Below, piece by piece: positions 10,164 to 21,327 of a DNA stretch of 36,983 nt (its first letter is position 1; each line of letters starts with the position of its first letter). The notes below the pieces were generated by a model. The model did no database searches and had not been told where the DNA came from. It saw nothing but the letters and a program-made list of their open reading frames with translations. Both the position numbers and the translations under genes were made by a program. The DNA is from Octopus bimaculoides (Eukaryota): NCBI RefSeq assembly GCF_001194135.2, contig NC_068986.1, positions 16,495,996 through 16,532,978 on the forward strand, read 5' to 3'.

Positions 10164-11001
10164 TTGGCTTACCAAAAAAGCTGGCGTTCGTACTCGTTAG
10201 ATACGTGAGACCATTCGATTTTGCCTTGGCGAAGCACATTGGAAACCATCTGCATCAAGTTGCTCACACAGGAGGCACTACGTTTCGGTTCCGCATCCAT
10301 AGGACCAGCAGGTGTCCGAACGAATATCTATCAGCAATTCGTTGCAGAAGCATGGAAAAAAAGCGAAGTGCGAAGAGACATCGTACAAAAAAAAAATGGA
10401 TGTTTATAACATTATGAAGCGCAAGCGGTCATGAAGGAACCGTGGCGAACGACCACAAATAAAGCCAGACTTACACAAACAAGATTATGTAGTCCATTTG
10501 GTATCATTGGAAGGGCCCTTTTCCTTAACAAACTTCTTCCCCAAAACAGGACCATCGATTCGGATGCTTACTGGAGTCAACTGGACAAATTAAATGTGAT
10601 GATCCCACAGAACCATCCAGAACTTCCTAACAGTAAAAGCATTGTCTTTCATCGAAACGATGCCAGTTCGCACACTTGTTTGCATTGACTGGGAAGTTTT
10701 CTCTTGCTTCCCAATGTTCGTCCAACTCTGCACATTCAGATCTCCACCTCTTTCGGTCTCTTCAAAATTCATTGAAAAGAACAGCAGTCAGTTCTGAAGC
10801 GGATAGAAAAATTTACCTGGAAGTGTTCTTCGCCATAAAAGACAGGACATTTTTTAAGCATGGAATACTGGCTTTGCACACCAGATGGCGTAAGATACTG
10901 AACATAAAGAATAATTGTATCATCGGTTGATTAAATAGCTTTATGTTTAAGCGTTGTGTTTGATTTTTCCCTTACCAAACTATGTGTTCTTCAGTCTAAT
11001 A
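10164..11001 (+). mobile_element. Degenerate mariner transposase (catalytic domain and 3' end)
   Basis: Frameshifted pieces GNHLHQ, KKWMF, LLPQNRTIDSDAYWSQLDKL...HPELPNSKSIVFHRNDASSH and SDLHLFRSLQNSL...FFKHGILALHTRWRKIL...CIIG* match the mariner DD34D region (LLPxNxTI...VxFHxDNARPH...SDFHLFRSLQNSL). Ends in a mariner-like CTAATA. Confidence 0.88.
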
Positions 11002-12062
11002 TATGATACGTATAATAATAAGGTACATATATTTTTGCAACATACACTTTATCTCGTCCAGTACATCTGTTGCTGTTACCAGTGTAATGTACAGGGGGCA
11101 ATAAAAATGAAACCATACAAATATTTCTCCTTTCTACGCGTAATGTTTTATAATCATAAACAGGCTTTTTTATAAATATAAACGTATTTAGCCTAAAATA
11201 TTGTTTTTCATGTAAAACAAATGTTTTCAATAATTTCTTTTTGTTTCTTTGGAAACCTCTATTAATGTATATCAATATTAATACTATGACCTGAAAAAGT
11301 CTGAAGTCGATGTGTATTGAACACAACACCGGAAATCTAGCACAAACATTCGCCATAATTTTGAAGGCTTCAGCCTCTCTACAATTATATACCGAGAAGG
11401 TGTTTGCGATAGGTTTTAGTTACACAGTAATAATACCAGACGAAATCAAGATCTTTCGATTGGTAATATCCATGATTTTTTAGTGCCTGTGTGGTTCGAT
11501 AGAGCACAGAATGCATACACGCACACGTATAAATTTGAGATCTGAATAAGGTTGCCAGTAGACATAATAGCTTCCATTAAATGGGTTTCATGACAGCTGA
11601 CAAGACAGTTTGGAAAATATTCTAAATGAATTGTTTCAAGAAAAGATTGATTGGTTTCTAGATGCACGAATACATGGCGAACCTTCTTTTTCTGCCATTG
11701 ATAAGAAAGCCACGGAGCTAAGGTAGACGGTGATTAACGATATTTGCTAAAAGGTAATGAACCGTAATTTAACCAAATAAACACATATTTATATTGCTTT
11801 TCGCCAATAGTTAAGCCGTATGTTGAAGTTACTAAAGAATTAACGGATACAAACCAATCCCAAAACATTTGAATTGATCTCTAGAAGAGAAGGAAAAAGC
11901 AGATCGTTAATCAACGACAGACTGTTAAGTACGAGGTAATACTTAATTCATGCCAGTTATCAAATGAATATCTGACACAGACCAAACGAAAATAAATGTA
12001 AATATAATAGAAGGATTGTTAAAGATAGAATGTTCGTTAGAATCTCTATGAGGTTCAGTCAA

Positions 12063-12065
<3 letters not shown>

Positions 12066-12105
<40 letters not shown>

Positions 12106-12147
12106 NNNNNNNNNNNNNNNNNNNNNNNNNNNNNNNNNNNNNNNNTG

Positions 12148-12180
<33 letters not shown>

Positions 12181-12183
12181 GTT

Positions 12184-12219
<36 letters not shown>

Positions 12220-12240
12220 CGTGTGTGTGTGTGTGTGTGT
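12066..12240 (+). repeat. (TA)n, gap, (GT)n microsatellite block
   Basis: Direct reading; contains a 40-N gap. Confidence 0.93.
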
Positions 12241-12756
12241 AAATCAAATTGAAATCGGATAGAGATCTACTAAGAAAGTAAAACAGTTTATACAAAACTG
12301 AGAAGCTTTGTATATACGGGTTTCTCGAGAGGATACATGTTTATTCAGGATAAATATATGACATGAAATAAAAAGAGGATTAGTCAAGCAAGGATACGGT
12401 GAAAGATTCTAAGGAAATTTGCGTAGACTTTCCATGCAACTGAATAAAATAGATTTTCAATACAGTCAGTGGCTTACGTACATTTTTGTTATAAGTATAC
12501 CACAATAGTGAAAATACTTTGCTTCTTTTTAGCCATTAATACTAAATTGATATAGTACATCCGCAATGCTTTATGAAATCTTTCTAGTTAACGGTCTAGA
12601 TTTGTAGCATCATATGATGGTGAAACATGAAACAATGTAACTTCTATTAGAGATTATCCACTTGTATGTAGACACAATGATTAGCGAAACAATTATGAGA
12701 ATGGAATCAAGGGATAAGCTCTGCTTTCCCGGGAATTACCTGGTATGTCAGCTAGT

Positions 12757-12831
12757 ATATCTATCTCTCTATCTATCTATATGTATCTATCTATCTATCT
12801 ATCTATCTGTATCTATCTATCTATCTATCTA

Positions 12832-12878
<47 letters not shown>

Positions 12879-12884
12879 ATATAT
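12757..12884 (+). repeat. (TATC)n grading into (TA)n
   Basis: Direct reading. Confidence 0.95.
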
Positions 12885-13394
12885 NNNNNNNNNNNNNNNN
12901 NNNNNNNNNNNNNNNNNNNNNNNNNNNNNNNNNNNNNNNNNNNNNNNNNNNNNNNNNNNNNNNNNNNNNNNNNNNNNNNNNNNNNNNNNNNNNNNNNNNN
13001 NNNNNNNNNNNNNNNNNNNNNNNNNNNNNNNNNNNNNNNNNNNNNNNNNATATATATATATATATATACGCACGTACACACTGACACTGAAGAAAAGAAC
13101 ACTCAGGCACATGAATACATACCCTCATATATATAACTTTCATGTGATTCTATATGTATATTGACGCTTTCTTATGTTTTTCGCGTGTATGTTTGCTTCT
13201 CCATATGCGTATGTTTATGCTAGTTTATATGTATACCAGTGTGTGTATGCACGGTACCGTGTATTTGGTAGCCCGTATAAATTGATGACGTTGCGTGTCT
13301 TTGAAACTTATTCAAAAATTATTTTCTTAGATTTCTCTAGGAAGATTTCTCCTTTTAATATTAACTCGCACTTCCTTCCTGTCTGCTCCTCTAG

Positions 13395-13447
13395 TTAACT
13401 GTCCTCAAAATACCTGTAAACCGTCATCTAAGAATCTGTTTCTTCAG
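13395..13447 (+). CDS. Candidate small exon, product unknown
   Basis: Pyrimidine-rich acceptor CTTCCTTCCTGTCTGCTCCTCTAG and donor CAG/GTAATT; open frame NCPQNTCKPSSKNLFLQ. No homology recognised. Confidence 0.2.
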
Positions 13448-13719
13448 GTAATTTTCATATTTCTTTTACATTCTCCTAATAATATACATTCCATCGTCAA
13501 AGGTATGGCTTGTCCATACATTTTAGCGTCATTACATTTAACGTTGAACTTCATATAACCTAGTTCGGTATATCTCTGCCGTTTCCTTTGATTCTTGGTT
13601 TCATTTCCTCAACTCTCATTTATATCATATTTATTCCTTTCATCTATATTATTCCGTATTAACATTTTACACATCATTCTGCCATTGCCTCCTTTTGTGT
13701 TGTTCTTTCGACATTTCAG

Positions 13720-13760
13720 AATGTCTATCAATGTCTGATATCCAAGGAAAACCTTAAATG
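13720..13760 (+). CDS. Candidate small exon, product unknown
   Basis: Acceptor TTCTTTCGACATTTCAG and consensus donor ATG/GTAAGT; phase-compatible with 13395-13447, giving ...LFLQ-NVYQCLISKENLK. Confidence 0.22.
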
Positions 13761-15843
13761 GTAAGTTCGAGCATAAAAGGTTTCTGAAACTCGCCCACTT
13801 TTAATATCTAACATAGCGATAAGACGACCAATAGAATTTTTTGACGTGACCGTGGCATTCAACCGGTCGTGTCCCTGAAGTCAATTTCTTTCTTCCACGT
13901 GTGCGTTCTCCGTTGGTTATTTTTTCTAGCGCAGAGTTTTGTTTGTGCTGATTGTCCTAATCTAACTTTTATCCAAGTGAAATAAATTTCGAATTTCTCC
14001 TTCATCACTGGAATCTCGTGGGTTATATTATATAAGTTTCCACTTAAGGCCCAAATTACAATTACAGTCACAACATAGATCATTCGAGATTTTCCAACAG
14101 TACTTTGGCTTTTAATATAGTATCAGAAGATTAGTGAAATTTTTCGGTGAATTTCGCCCAAACTTCAGCAGTTAGGTTATTGATATTCTGCAGTTCATGA
14201 TATTAAGAGCTGAAATTAGTCCGTATCTGCTCTGTAGTATATATGGGCTCATCATAATAGAAAAAAAACGCATGTCGCTACACATTTATGCACAGTTGCG
14301 AAAGACCGCTGGTCCCGCCCTATGGCCAGGGTGCACTACTCCGTTGACGCATGGTCTCAAAGGTCTAGGGGCCCATATCTAATCCATATATTGCTACCAA
14401 TAAATTCTATAAATTCACAGATTTGCCTGAGAATCTATAATGTTGTAAAACTTGGAACAAAAATAACGTATTTTCACCGAATTTCCCCGATTTCTTATCT
14501 CACGTCCATGTCAAATATGTAGTGCATTTCATAAAGAGATTATAATAATAATAAATTATACACACATATATGTGTGTATTTATTTACTTATATATATATA
14601 TATATGTACATACGTATATATGTTAATAATAAAATTTATTAATTACTTCAGACACCTTAGGCTTATGCGAGATTTGTAATTAATAATTGCAAAGATTGAA
14701 CTTCTTTTGAAACCGACGCGTTATCAAACCAAAACACAAACTTCCTAATACATGATATCACTTTACAGATATGAGTGTGGAAAACATTGATTGAAATAAC
14801 GACTAAAGTGTTAGAGATTACTGAATATAAAAATAGGAAAAAAATGACAAAAATGAACATGGAGAAAATGCAGAGTAGAATTTCTATCCAGGGTAGCTTG
14901 TGCAGAATACATATTAAATTGTGGTAGAAAAAAAACAGAAAGTCATAGAATACATACACATGAATGACCAGTTAATNNNNNNNNNNNNNNNNNNNNNNNN
15001 NNNNNNNNNNNNNNNNNNNNNNNNNNNNNNNNNNNNNNNNNNNNNNNNNNNNNNNNNNNNNNNNNNNNNNNNNNNNNNNNNNNNNNNNNNNNNNNNNNNN
15101 NNNNNNNNNNNNNNNNNNNNNNNNNNNNNNNNNNNNNNNNNNNNNNNNNNNNNNNNNNNNNNNNNNNNNNNNNNNNNNNNNNNNNNNNNNNNNNNNNNNN
15201 NNNNNNNNNNNNNNNNNNNNNNNNNNNNNNNNNNNNNNNNNNNNNNNNNNNNNNNNNNNNNNNNNNNNNNNNNNNNNNNNNNNNNNNNNNNNNNNNNNNN
15301 NNNNNNNNNNNNNNNNNNNNNNNNNNNNNNNNNNNNNNNNNNNNNNNNNNNNNNNNNNNNNNNNNNNNNNNNNNNNNNNNNNNNNNNNNNNNNNNNNNNN
15401 NNNNNNNNNNNNNNNNNNNNNNNNNNNNNNNNNNNNNNNNNNNNNNNNNNNNNNNNNNNNNNNNNNNNNNNNNNNNNNNNNNNNNNNNNNNNNNNNNNNN
15501 NNNNNNNNNNNNNNNNNNNNNNNNNNNNNNNNNNNNNNNNNNNNNNNNNNNNNNNNNNNNNNNNNNNNNNNNNNNNNNNNNNNNNNNNNNNNNNNNNNNN
15601 NNNNNNNNNNNNNNNNNNNNNNNNNNNNNNNNNNNNNNNNNNNNNNNNNNNNNNNNNNNNNNNNNNNNNNNNNNNNNNNNNNNNNNNNNNNNNNNNNNNN
15701 NNNNNNNNNNNNNNNNNNNNNNNNNNNNNNNNNNNNNNNNNNNNNNNNNNNNNNNNNNNNNNNNNNNNNNNNNNNNNNNNNNNNNNNNNNNNNNNNNNNN
15801 NNNNNNNNNNNNNNNNNNNNNNNNNNNNNNNNNNNNNNNNNNN

Positions 15844-15874
<31 letters not shown>

Positions 15875-15900
15875 TAGATGAAATTTTGAATTTAGTTCAT

Positions 15901-15965
15901 TGACCCCCAGTGCTAACTTTACGGATCTCCAGGGGTCCTCGGGCCCCAGGTTGGCAACCGCAGTT
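15901..15965. mobile_element. Possible terminus of a hAT (Charlie-like) MITE
   Basis: GC-rich CCAGGGGTCCTCGGGCCCCAGGTTGGCAACCGC resembles recalled Charlie-type MITE ends; the rest is in the adjacent gap. Confidence 0.3.
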
Positions 15966-16041
15966 CTAAGCCATAATCACACGCAGTTAGCTGAAAATAG
16001 AGAAACACACACTTGGTAGCAAAAAATAAATCTTGTTTACG

Positions 16042-17177
16042 GAAAATGTGGGTGGGCTCGTGTTTTATGGACAGTCAACATTTTTTTCCGTGCCAGGTTT
16101 TTTTAAACCAAATACGGTACACGTTATTATTTATAACTTTATCTACTTCGAGGTCCACCGTAAAAATAATCTATCTTAAATATCTAAAATACTATCAATT
16201 ATCAGATCGTATTTTCAGCAATTTTGAGTTTATTTTCATCGGCTCACTATTATTATAACTATTTATTCTTAATAATATGTCCGATTTTTTTTGTTTTGTT
16301 TTTTTTTCTTTATTAGATTTTGATAACGATAACATTATCATTATCTTATCGATTCTGCAATTCAGTTAAAACATTTATCAATTCAACAATTTAGTTATTT
16401 TATCTTTTTAAGTATCTTAATTGATTTAGACTTACTTAGTTAATGGAAATTATTTTTTTTTATAGAGGTTAATCTTATTTTCCATTGCTCCTCGGCTTTT
16501 ATATCCTCTTGTTATATTCACATATTAGAAGTACTTCTGGAAATGACATGGTCAAATTCAAAACTGTACAATGTTGAGTCTTGAAATATATAATTTCTTA
16601 TAAAAATTCTGTTACGTTTGAACTGATTCTATAGATGATGTAAAAGTTCACATACGTACATTCTTCATTGTACATTCGTAAGAAGACAACATCTCTGGTC
16701 CTCGTTAATAGACTGCCTGTCTTCAGAACGTATTGCGGATTTTGTTTCCTAAAGCGTGATTAACTGTAACAAACGCCCACGGTAGTTTTTTATAAAAACG
16801 AATATGGAGCTAATAGTTCAATACTTGTATAACTGTAAATGTATGATTCATTGAATTATTTTCCTTCTGGAATCATATATGTTCAGTGATATTTTAATCC
16901 CGAGTTGTTGGTACGATTCCCGGTTCTGTTATAATAATATTTAAAAATGATTTTGCATTTCTACACTCCATATCACTGCTTCATATATATCTTATTTTTC
17001 ATCTAAAAATTCTTCAAGGCGATGCCTCAGCATCGCCTTCAAGAAGTTTTAAATTTACGGTGGAACTCTATGAAGATAAAGTTGTAAATAATAACGTGTA
17101 CCGTATTTGGTTTAAAAAAACTCTGTCACGGAAAACGTTGAATATTGTCCATAGAACATGAGCCCACCCACATCTTC
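16042..17177. mobile_element. Non-autonomous long-TIR (fold-back) element, ~1.14 kb
   Basis: 16042-16164 and 17054-17177 are reverse complements over ~120 bp at roughly 85% identity, including TTTTTTTAAACCAAATACGGTACACGTTATTATTTA. No coding capacity. Confidence 0.78.
16722..16984 (+). repeat. Unclassified dispersed repeat (family U), copy 1
   Basis: Aligns in reverse orientation to 23354-23614 (~260 bp, about 85-90% identity) and partially to 25851-25910. Confidence 0.85.
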
Positions 17178-17327
17178 TGAGAACTGGTAGGTATGATTTT
17201 TCACTTTATATCATAAAGTAAACGAAATCGTAGAATATATCTTGTTATAACATTATTTTACAAAGTACGTTTACGAGAGAATAGCTTTCGAAAACACTAA
17301 TACGTTATCTTTTATCTTTATTTTCAG

Positions 17328-17366
17328 GCCAGAGAAAAGGTGACGGAGGCTACACTTGAACCAGAG
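17328..17366 (+). CDS. Candidate small exon, product unknown
   Basis: Best acceptor in the window: branch-point-like CACTAAT (~17295), pyrimidine tract and TTTTCAG. Frame AREKVTEATLEPE to donor GAG/GTACCT; an alternative donor lies at 17394. Confidence 0.3.
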
Positions 17367-18002
17367 GTACCTAGGATACAACACTATGGGGAGGTTATAT
17401 TACTTGTCCACTAAAGCAAACTATCGCTAACAGGAAGAGGTACGAATTTCGATTCATATCCATGTTATTCTGAATTATGTTCTACATTCAAGAGGAGTTT
17501 CTATTTACCCTTGAGTTGTTAAAAAAAACAACAAAACAATATGGAAGCACATTTTCTTATATATGCCTGCGTCTGTTTGTGCATATGATTGCATGCTTAC
17601 AGTGTTTGAAGCCAGTGATAATGCTGATGTACTTGATCTAGCAGTTCAAGTATTGCCCATTGATAAAATAATTTCCAGACATAAAAGCGTTTAGTCAGAT
17701 CCATATGTTTGACTCTAACAATGTATACGATCTTTCGGCTAGGCTATAATCATGTAATCGGTAAAAGATTAAATGAAAGAGATTATATAAAATTATACTT
17801 AGTATTGTTTTCTCTCTCTCTCTCTCCCTCTCTCTCACACACACACACACATGCACATATACACACGGGCACATATTTATATATCTATCTATATATATAT
17901 ATATATATTCGGTTCACCATATTCAATATCAGCGTCACACAGAGCGCCTCCTTCACCGCTATTACGATTACTATAAATAGTTTGTTCCTATGACCGTTGT
18001 AG

Positions 18003-18235
18003 TAATTAATTATTTCAATTAAAAGGGTAAAGGATTATCAATTTATTAATAAATTAATAATTAATAATTTTTACCAAGCCCTTCGGTATGTAAGCACCAT
18101 TATCGGTGTGGAACTTATTTAAAAGTTCTTATACATTTATAAACAAAATTAAGGGTTCAGCAACAGGTTGCCTGGTAAAAATTATTATTAATTTATTAAT
18201 GAATTGATAATCCTTTTAATTGTAATAATTAATTA
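18003..18235. mobile_element. AT-rich MITE/fold-back element with ~70-bp inverted arms
   Basis: 18003-18079 is the reverse complement of 18170-18235 apart from two small indels (...GGATTATCAATTTATTAATAAATTAATAAT...TAATTTTTACCA); ~90-bp spacer. Confidence 0.72.
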
Positions 18236-19239
18236 TTCACTCCCGGATAGTAAACCACAGATTTTCTACGGTACCGCCAGCGACGTACATGGTAATCGGT
18301 GAGGGAAGATGATGGGCTGGCTCGCCTATGTAGATTTGGAGATACTTTCAAAATGTGTCGACTGCAATGATGGCGTTAGATCATGCATGCACATTTGCCA
18401 GTATCGTCGAATTTACAACAAGAATATCATACCGATGAGGTAATGAAGAGTTTTTATGCTCCTAAACCAGAAACATGTCTATGATTAACTATGGCTAGTT
18501 TAGTTCGTTATTTTTCTTCTTGTTTTGCCTATGTGAGTTGCGAGTAACNNNNNNNNNNNNNNNNNNNNNNNNNNNNNNNNNNNNNNNNNNNNNNNNNNNN
18601 NNNNNNNNNNNNNNNNNNNNNNNNNNNNNNNNNNNNNNNNNNNNNNNNNNNNNNNNNNNNNNNNNNNNNNNNNNNNNNNNNNNNNNNNNNNNNNNNNNNN
18701 NNNNNNNNNNNNNNNNNNNNNNNNNNNNNNNNNNNNNNNNNNNNNNNNNNNNNNNNNNNNNNNNNNNNNNNNNNNNNNNNNNNNNNNNNNNNNNNNNNNN
18801 NNNNNNNNNNNNNNNNNNNNNNNNNNNNNNNNNNNNNNNNNNNNNNNNNNNNNNNNNNNNNNNNNNNNNNNNNNNNNNNNNNNNNNNNNNNNNNNNNNNN
18901 NNNNNNNNNNNNNNNNNNNNNNNNNNNNNNNNNNNNNNNNNNNNNNNNNNNNNNNNNNNNNNNNNNNNNNNNNNNNNNNNNNNNNNNNNNNNNNNNNNNN
19001 NNNNNNNNNNNNNNNNNNNNNNNNNNNNNNNNNNNNNNNNNNNNNNNNNNNNNNNNNNNNNNNNNNNNNNNNNNNNNNNNNNNNNNNNNNNNNNNNNNNN
19101 NNNNNNNNNNNNNNNNNNNNNNNNNNNNNNNNNNNNNNNNNNNNNNNNNNNNNNNNNNNNNNNNNNNNNNNNNNNNNNNNNNNNNNNNNNNNNNNNNNNN
19201 NNNNNNNNNNNNNNNNNNNNNTATATATATATATATACA

Positions 19240-19518
19240 TACATGTACATATACATATATATATCTATACATATATATGTGTGCTTGTGTGTGTGTGTGT
19301 GTGTGTAGTGCGTGTGTGCGCGTGCATTTGTCCTCCACCATCGCTTGATAACCTGTGTTTATGTTCCTGTAAGCTAGAGGTTCGGCAAAAGAGACATGCA
19401 ATAAGTACCATGATTAATAAAACAATACAAACTTCGCTCGATTCATTCGACTAAAAATTCTTCATGGCAGTGCCCATACATGACGCAGTAAAACGTGTGA
19501 AATAAGTGAATGATAAAA
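19240..19518 (+). mobile_element. SINE family A (A' subfamily), 3' half
   Basis: CCACCATCGCTTGA, GTTCGGCAAAAGAGAC, AATAAGTACC and TTCGACTAAAAATTCTTC match family A; the 5' half is in the gap. Confidence 0.82.
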
Positions 19519-20390
19519 GACGGAAGATAACACGAATTGAACGAACAAACCATTCGGTGACAAGCCTTCACCGAGCAAATAAATACACGAAAACGATATT
19601 TATTTAAAATAGTTATTCCTTCTGGCATATGCTTTTCTAACATTTATTAATTTGGGGTTTTTCAAATTAAATGAAAAAGATTTTCTTTTAATTTAAACAT
19701 TAATATAAATTTGCGTTGCTGTATACGTCTTTCATGTAATCTAATGTAAAATGTATTATTTTTATAATGTTGAATATATTTAGACATCTATATTTAAAAA
19801 AAATAACACACACTAAATTCTTTAGATTAATAAAACTGTACACGTCTTTATTTATTTACAAATACATTTACTTGCAGTTATATAAGCGATTTCAAAATAG
19901 CTCAAAATTAACACAGTTATACTACTTACAGTAACTGCGCCTAACACAAACAGCATCTATTTTAAAATTTCAATGTTACTAATGTTTCCATCTGTATTTT
20001 TTAGTTACAAGAAAATGTATACAATTACATGCAGATTAAACAACCTCTACATACATACATACATACATACATACATAATGTTTCACAAAATTTTATCTCT
20101 TGTATGCTATTTTCTCGTTATTATTTTTCTCCTTTCACATTTACAAAATACAACGTAACGCCAACCATTTTTATTTGTTACTTTCTAAACTTTTATCGAT
20201 ATTGCTGTCAAGATTTTACAATTAATTTCCTTTTATTTATCTATTCCTATCAATTATATATGCAAAATTGTTCTAAATTCCAAAAGATTTTCACAGATTA
20301 TTTTTGGTGACATCTGAAACTTTCACCATTCTTTATATAATATCTATGCAACATGTAATATATGAGTCAAGTATATAATACCTACGTACT

Positions 20391-20630
20391 AAAGCGGCAA
20401 GATGGCAGAAACGTTATTACACTGGCCGAAATGCTTCGCGTTATTTCGGCTGCTTTTGTGTTTTGAGTTCAAATCGCGCAGAGGTCGACTTTGTCATTCA
20501 TGTTTTCGGGGTCCATTAAATAAGTATCATTTACGCATTGAGGTCGAAATAATCGACTTAATAACCCCTTTGTGTGTCCTCGATTTTTCTCTCTGTCTTT
20601 AGCCCCCCGTGAACAATAGCGGAATAAATG
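20391..20630 (+). mobile_element. SINE family B, older diverged copy (B1)
   Basis: GATGGCAGAAACGTT, GAGTTCAAATCGCGC, GAGGTCGACTTTG and TTTAGCCCC. Confidence 0.85.
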
Positions 20631-20678
20631 TTTTTGGAACATGTAATATCTGTGTCATGTATATGATACATACGTACT

Positions 20679-20915
20679 AAGGCGACGAGCTGGCAGAAAC
20701 GTTAGCACGCCAGGCGAAATGCTTAGCAGTATTCCGTCTGCCGCTACGTTCTGAGTTCAATTTCCGCCGAGGTCGACTTAGCCTTTCATCCTTTCGGGGT
20801 CGATTAAATAAGTACCAGTTACGCACTGGGGTCGATGTTATCGACTTAATCCCTTTGTCTGTCCTTGTTTGTCCCCTCTATGTTTAGCCCCTTGTGGGCA
20901 ATAAAGAAATAAGAA
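20679..20915 (+). mobile_element. SINE family B, young near-consensus copy (B2)
   Basis: AAGGCGACGAGCTGGCAGAAACGTTAGCACGCC, B box GAGTTCAATTTCC, body GGTCGACTTAGCCTTTCATCCTTTCGGGGTCGAT and tail GCAATAAAGAAATAAGAA. Confidence 0.95.
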
Positions 20916-21105
20916 ATGTTAGCACGTCGGACGAAATGCTTAGCGGTATTTCGTCTGCCGTTACTTTCTGAGTTTCAATTCCGCGCAGGTCAACTTTGCC
21001 TTTCATCCTTCCGGGGTCGATAAATTAAGAGTTGCATACTTGGTCGATCTAACCGACTGGCCCTCTCCACCGAAATTTCGACCCTTGTGCCTAGAGTAGG
21101 AAAAA
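20912..21105 (+). mobile_element. SINE family B, 5'-clipped copy with an alternative 3' end (B3)
   Basis: Starts at AGAAATGTTAGCACG, overlapping the B2 tail; ends CCCTTGTGCCTAGAGTAGGAAAA. Confidence 0.88.
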
Positions 21106-21327
21106 CATACATGTGCACTTATATGTCTGCATCATGAAATATCTCATACATACATCTGCTCTCGAACACACGCAATATTTCGCATTATATTGAAAGCTAT
21201 CATCACTTTAGGCTATTTTAATTTCGCTCTATGTGTTTTACAGCAATCTTCCACATCAGATTAACAAGAAAATTAAACTGTATTAATTGGCTAGTAGCAC
21301 TCAGAGTAAAATAATTACAAATAAATT

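Noticed and set aside
8513-10930. One mariner element split by SINE insertions
   Set aside because: The two relics overlap in the second HTH region and look like different subfamilies, so two independent elements is the simpler reading.
11600-11725. Protein-like open stretch SLENILNELFQEKIDWFLDARIHGEPSFSAIDKKATELR
   Set aside because: Only about 40 codons, no acceptor pyrimidine tract and no family recognised; compatible with chance or an unrecognisable relic.
12651-12742. Candidate exon IIHLYVDTMISETIMRMESRDKLCFPGNYL with a GTATGT donor
   Set aside because: Weak acceptor; joining it to the downstream candidates leads to an early stop; no homology recognised.
20350-21105. Repeat-spacer-like periodicity suggestive of a CRISPR array or satellite
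   Set aside because: The units are ~240-bp tRNA-derived SINE copies in eukaryotic DNA; there are no short identical repeats, unique spacers or cas genes.
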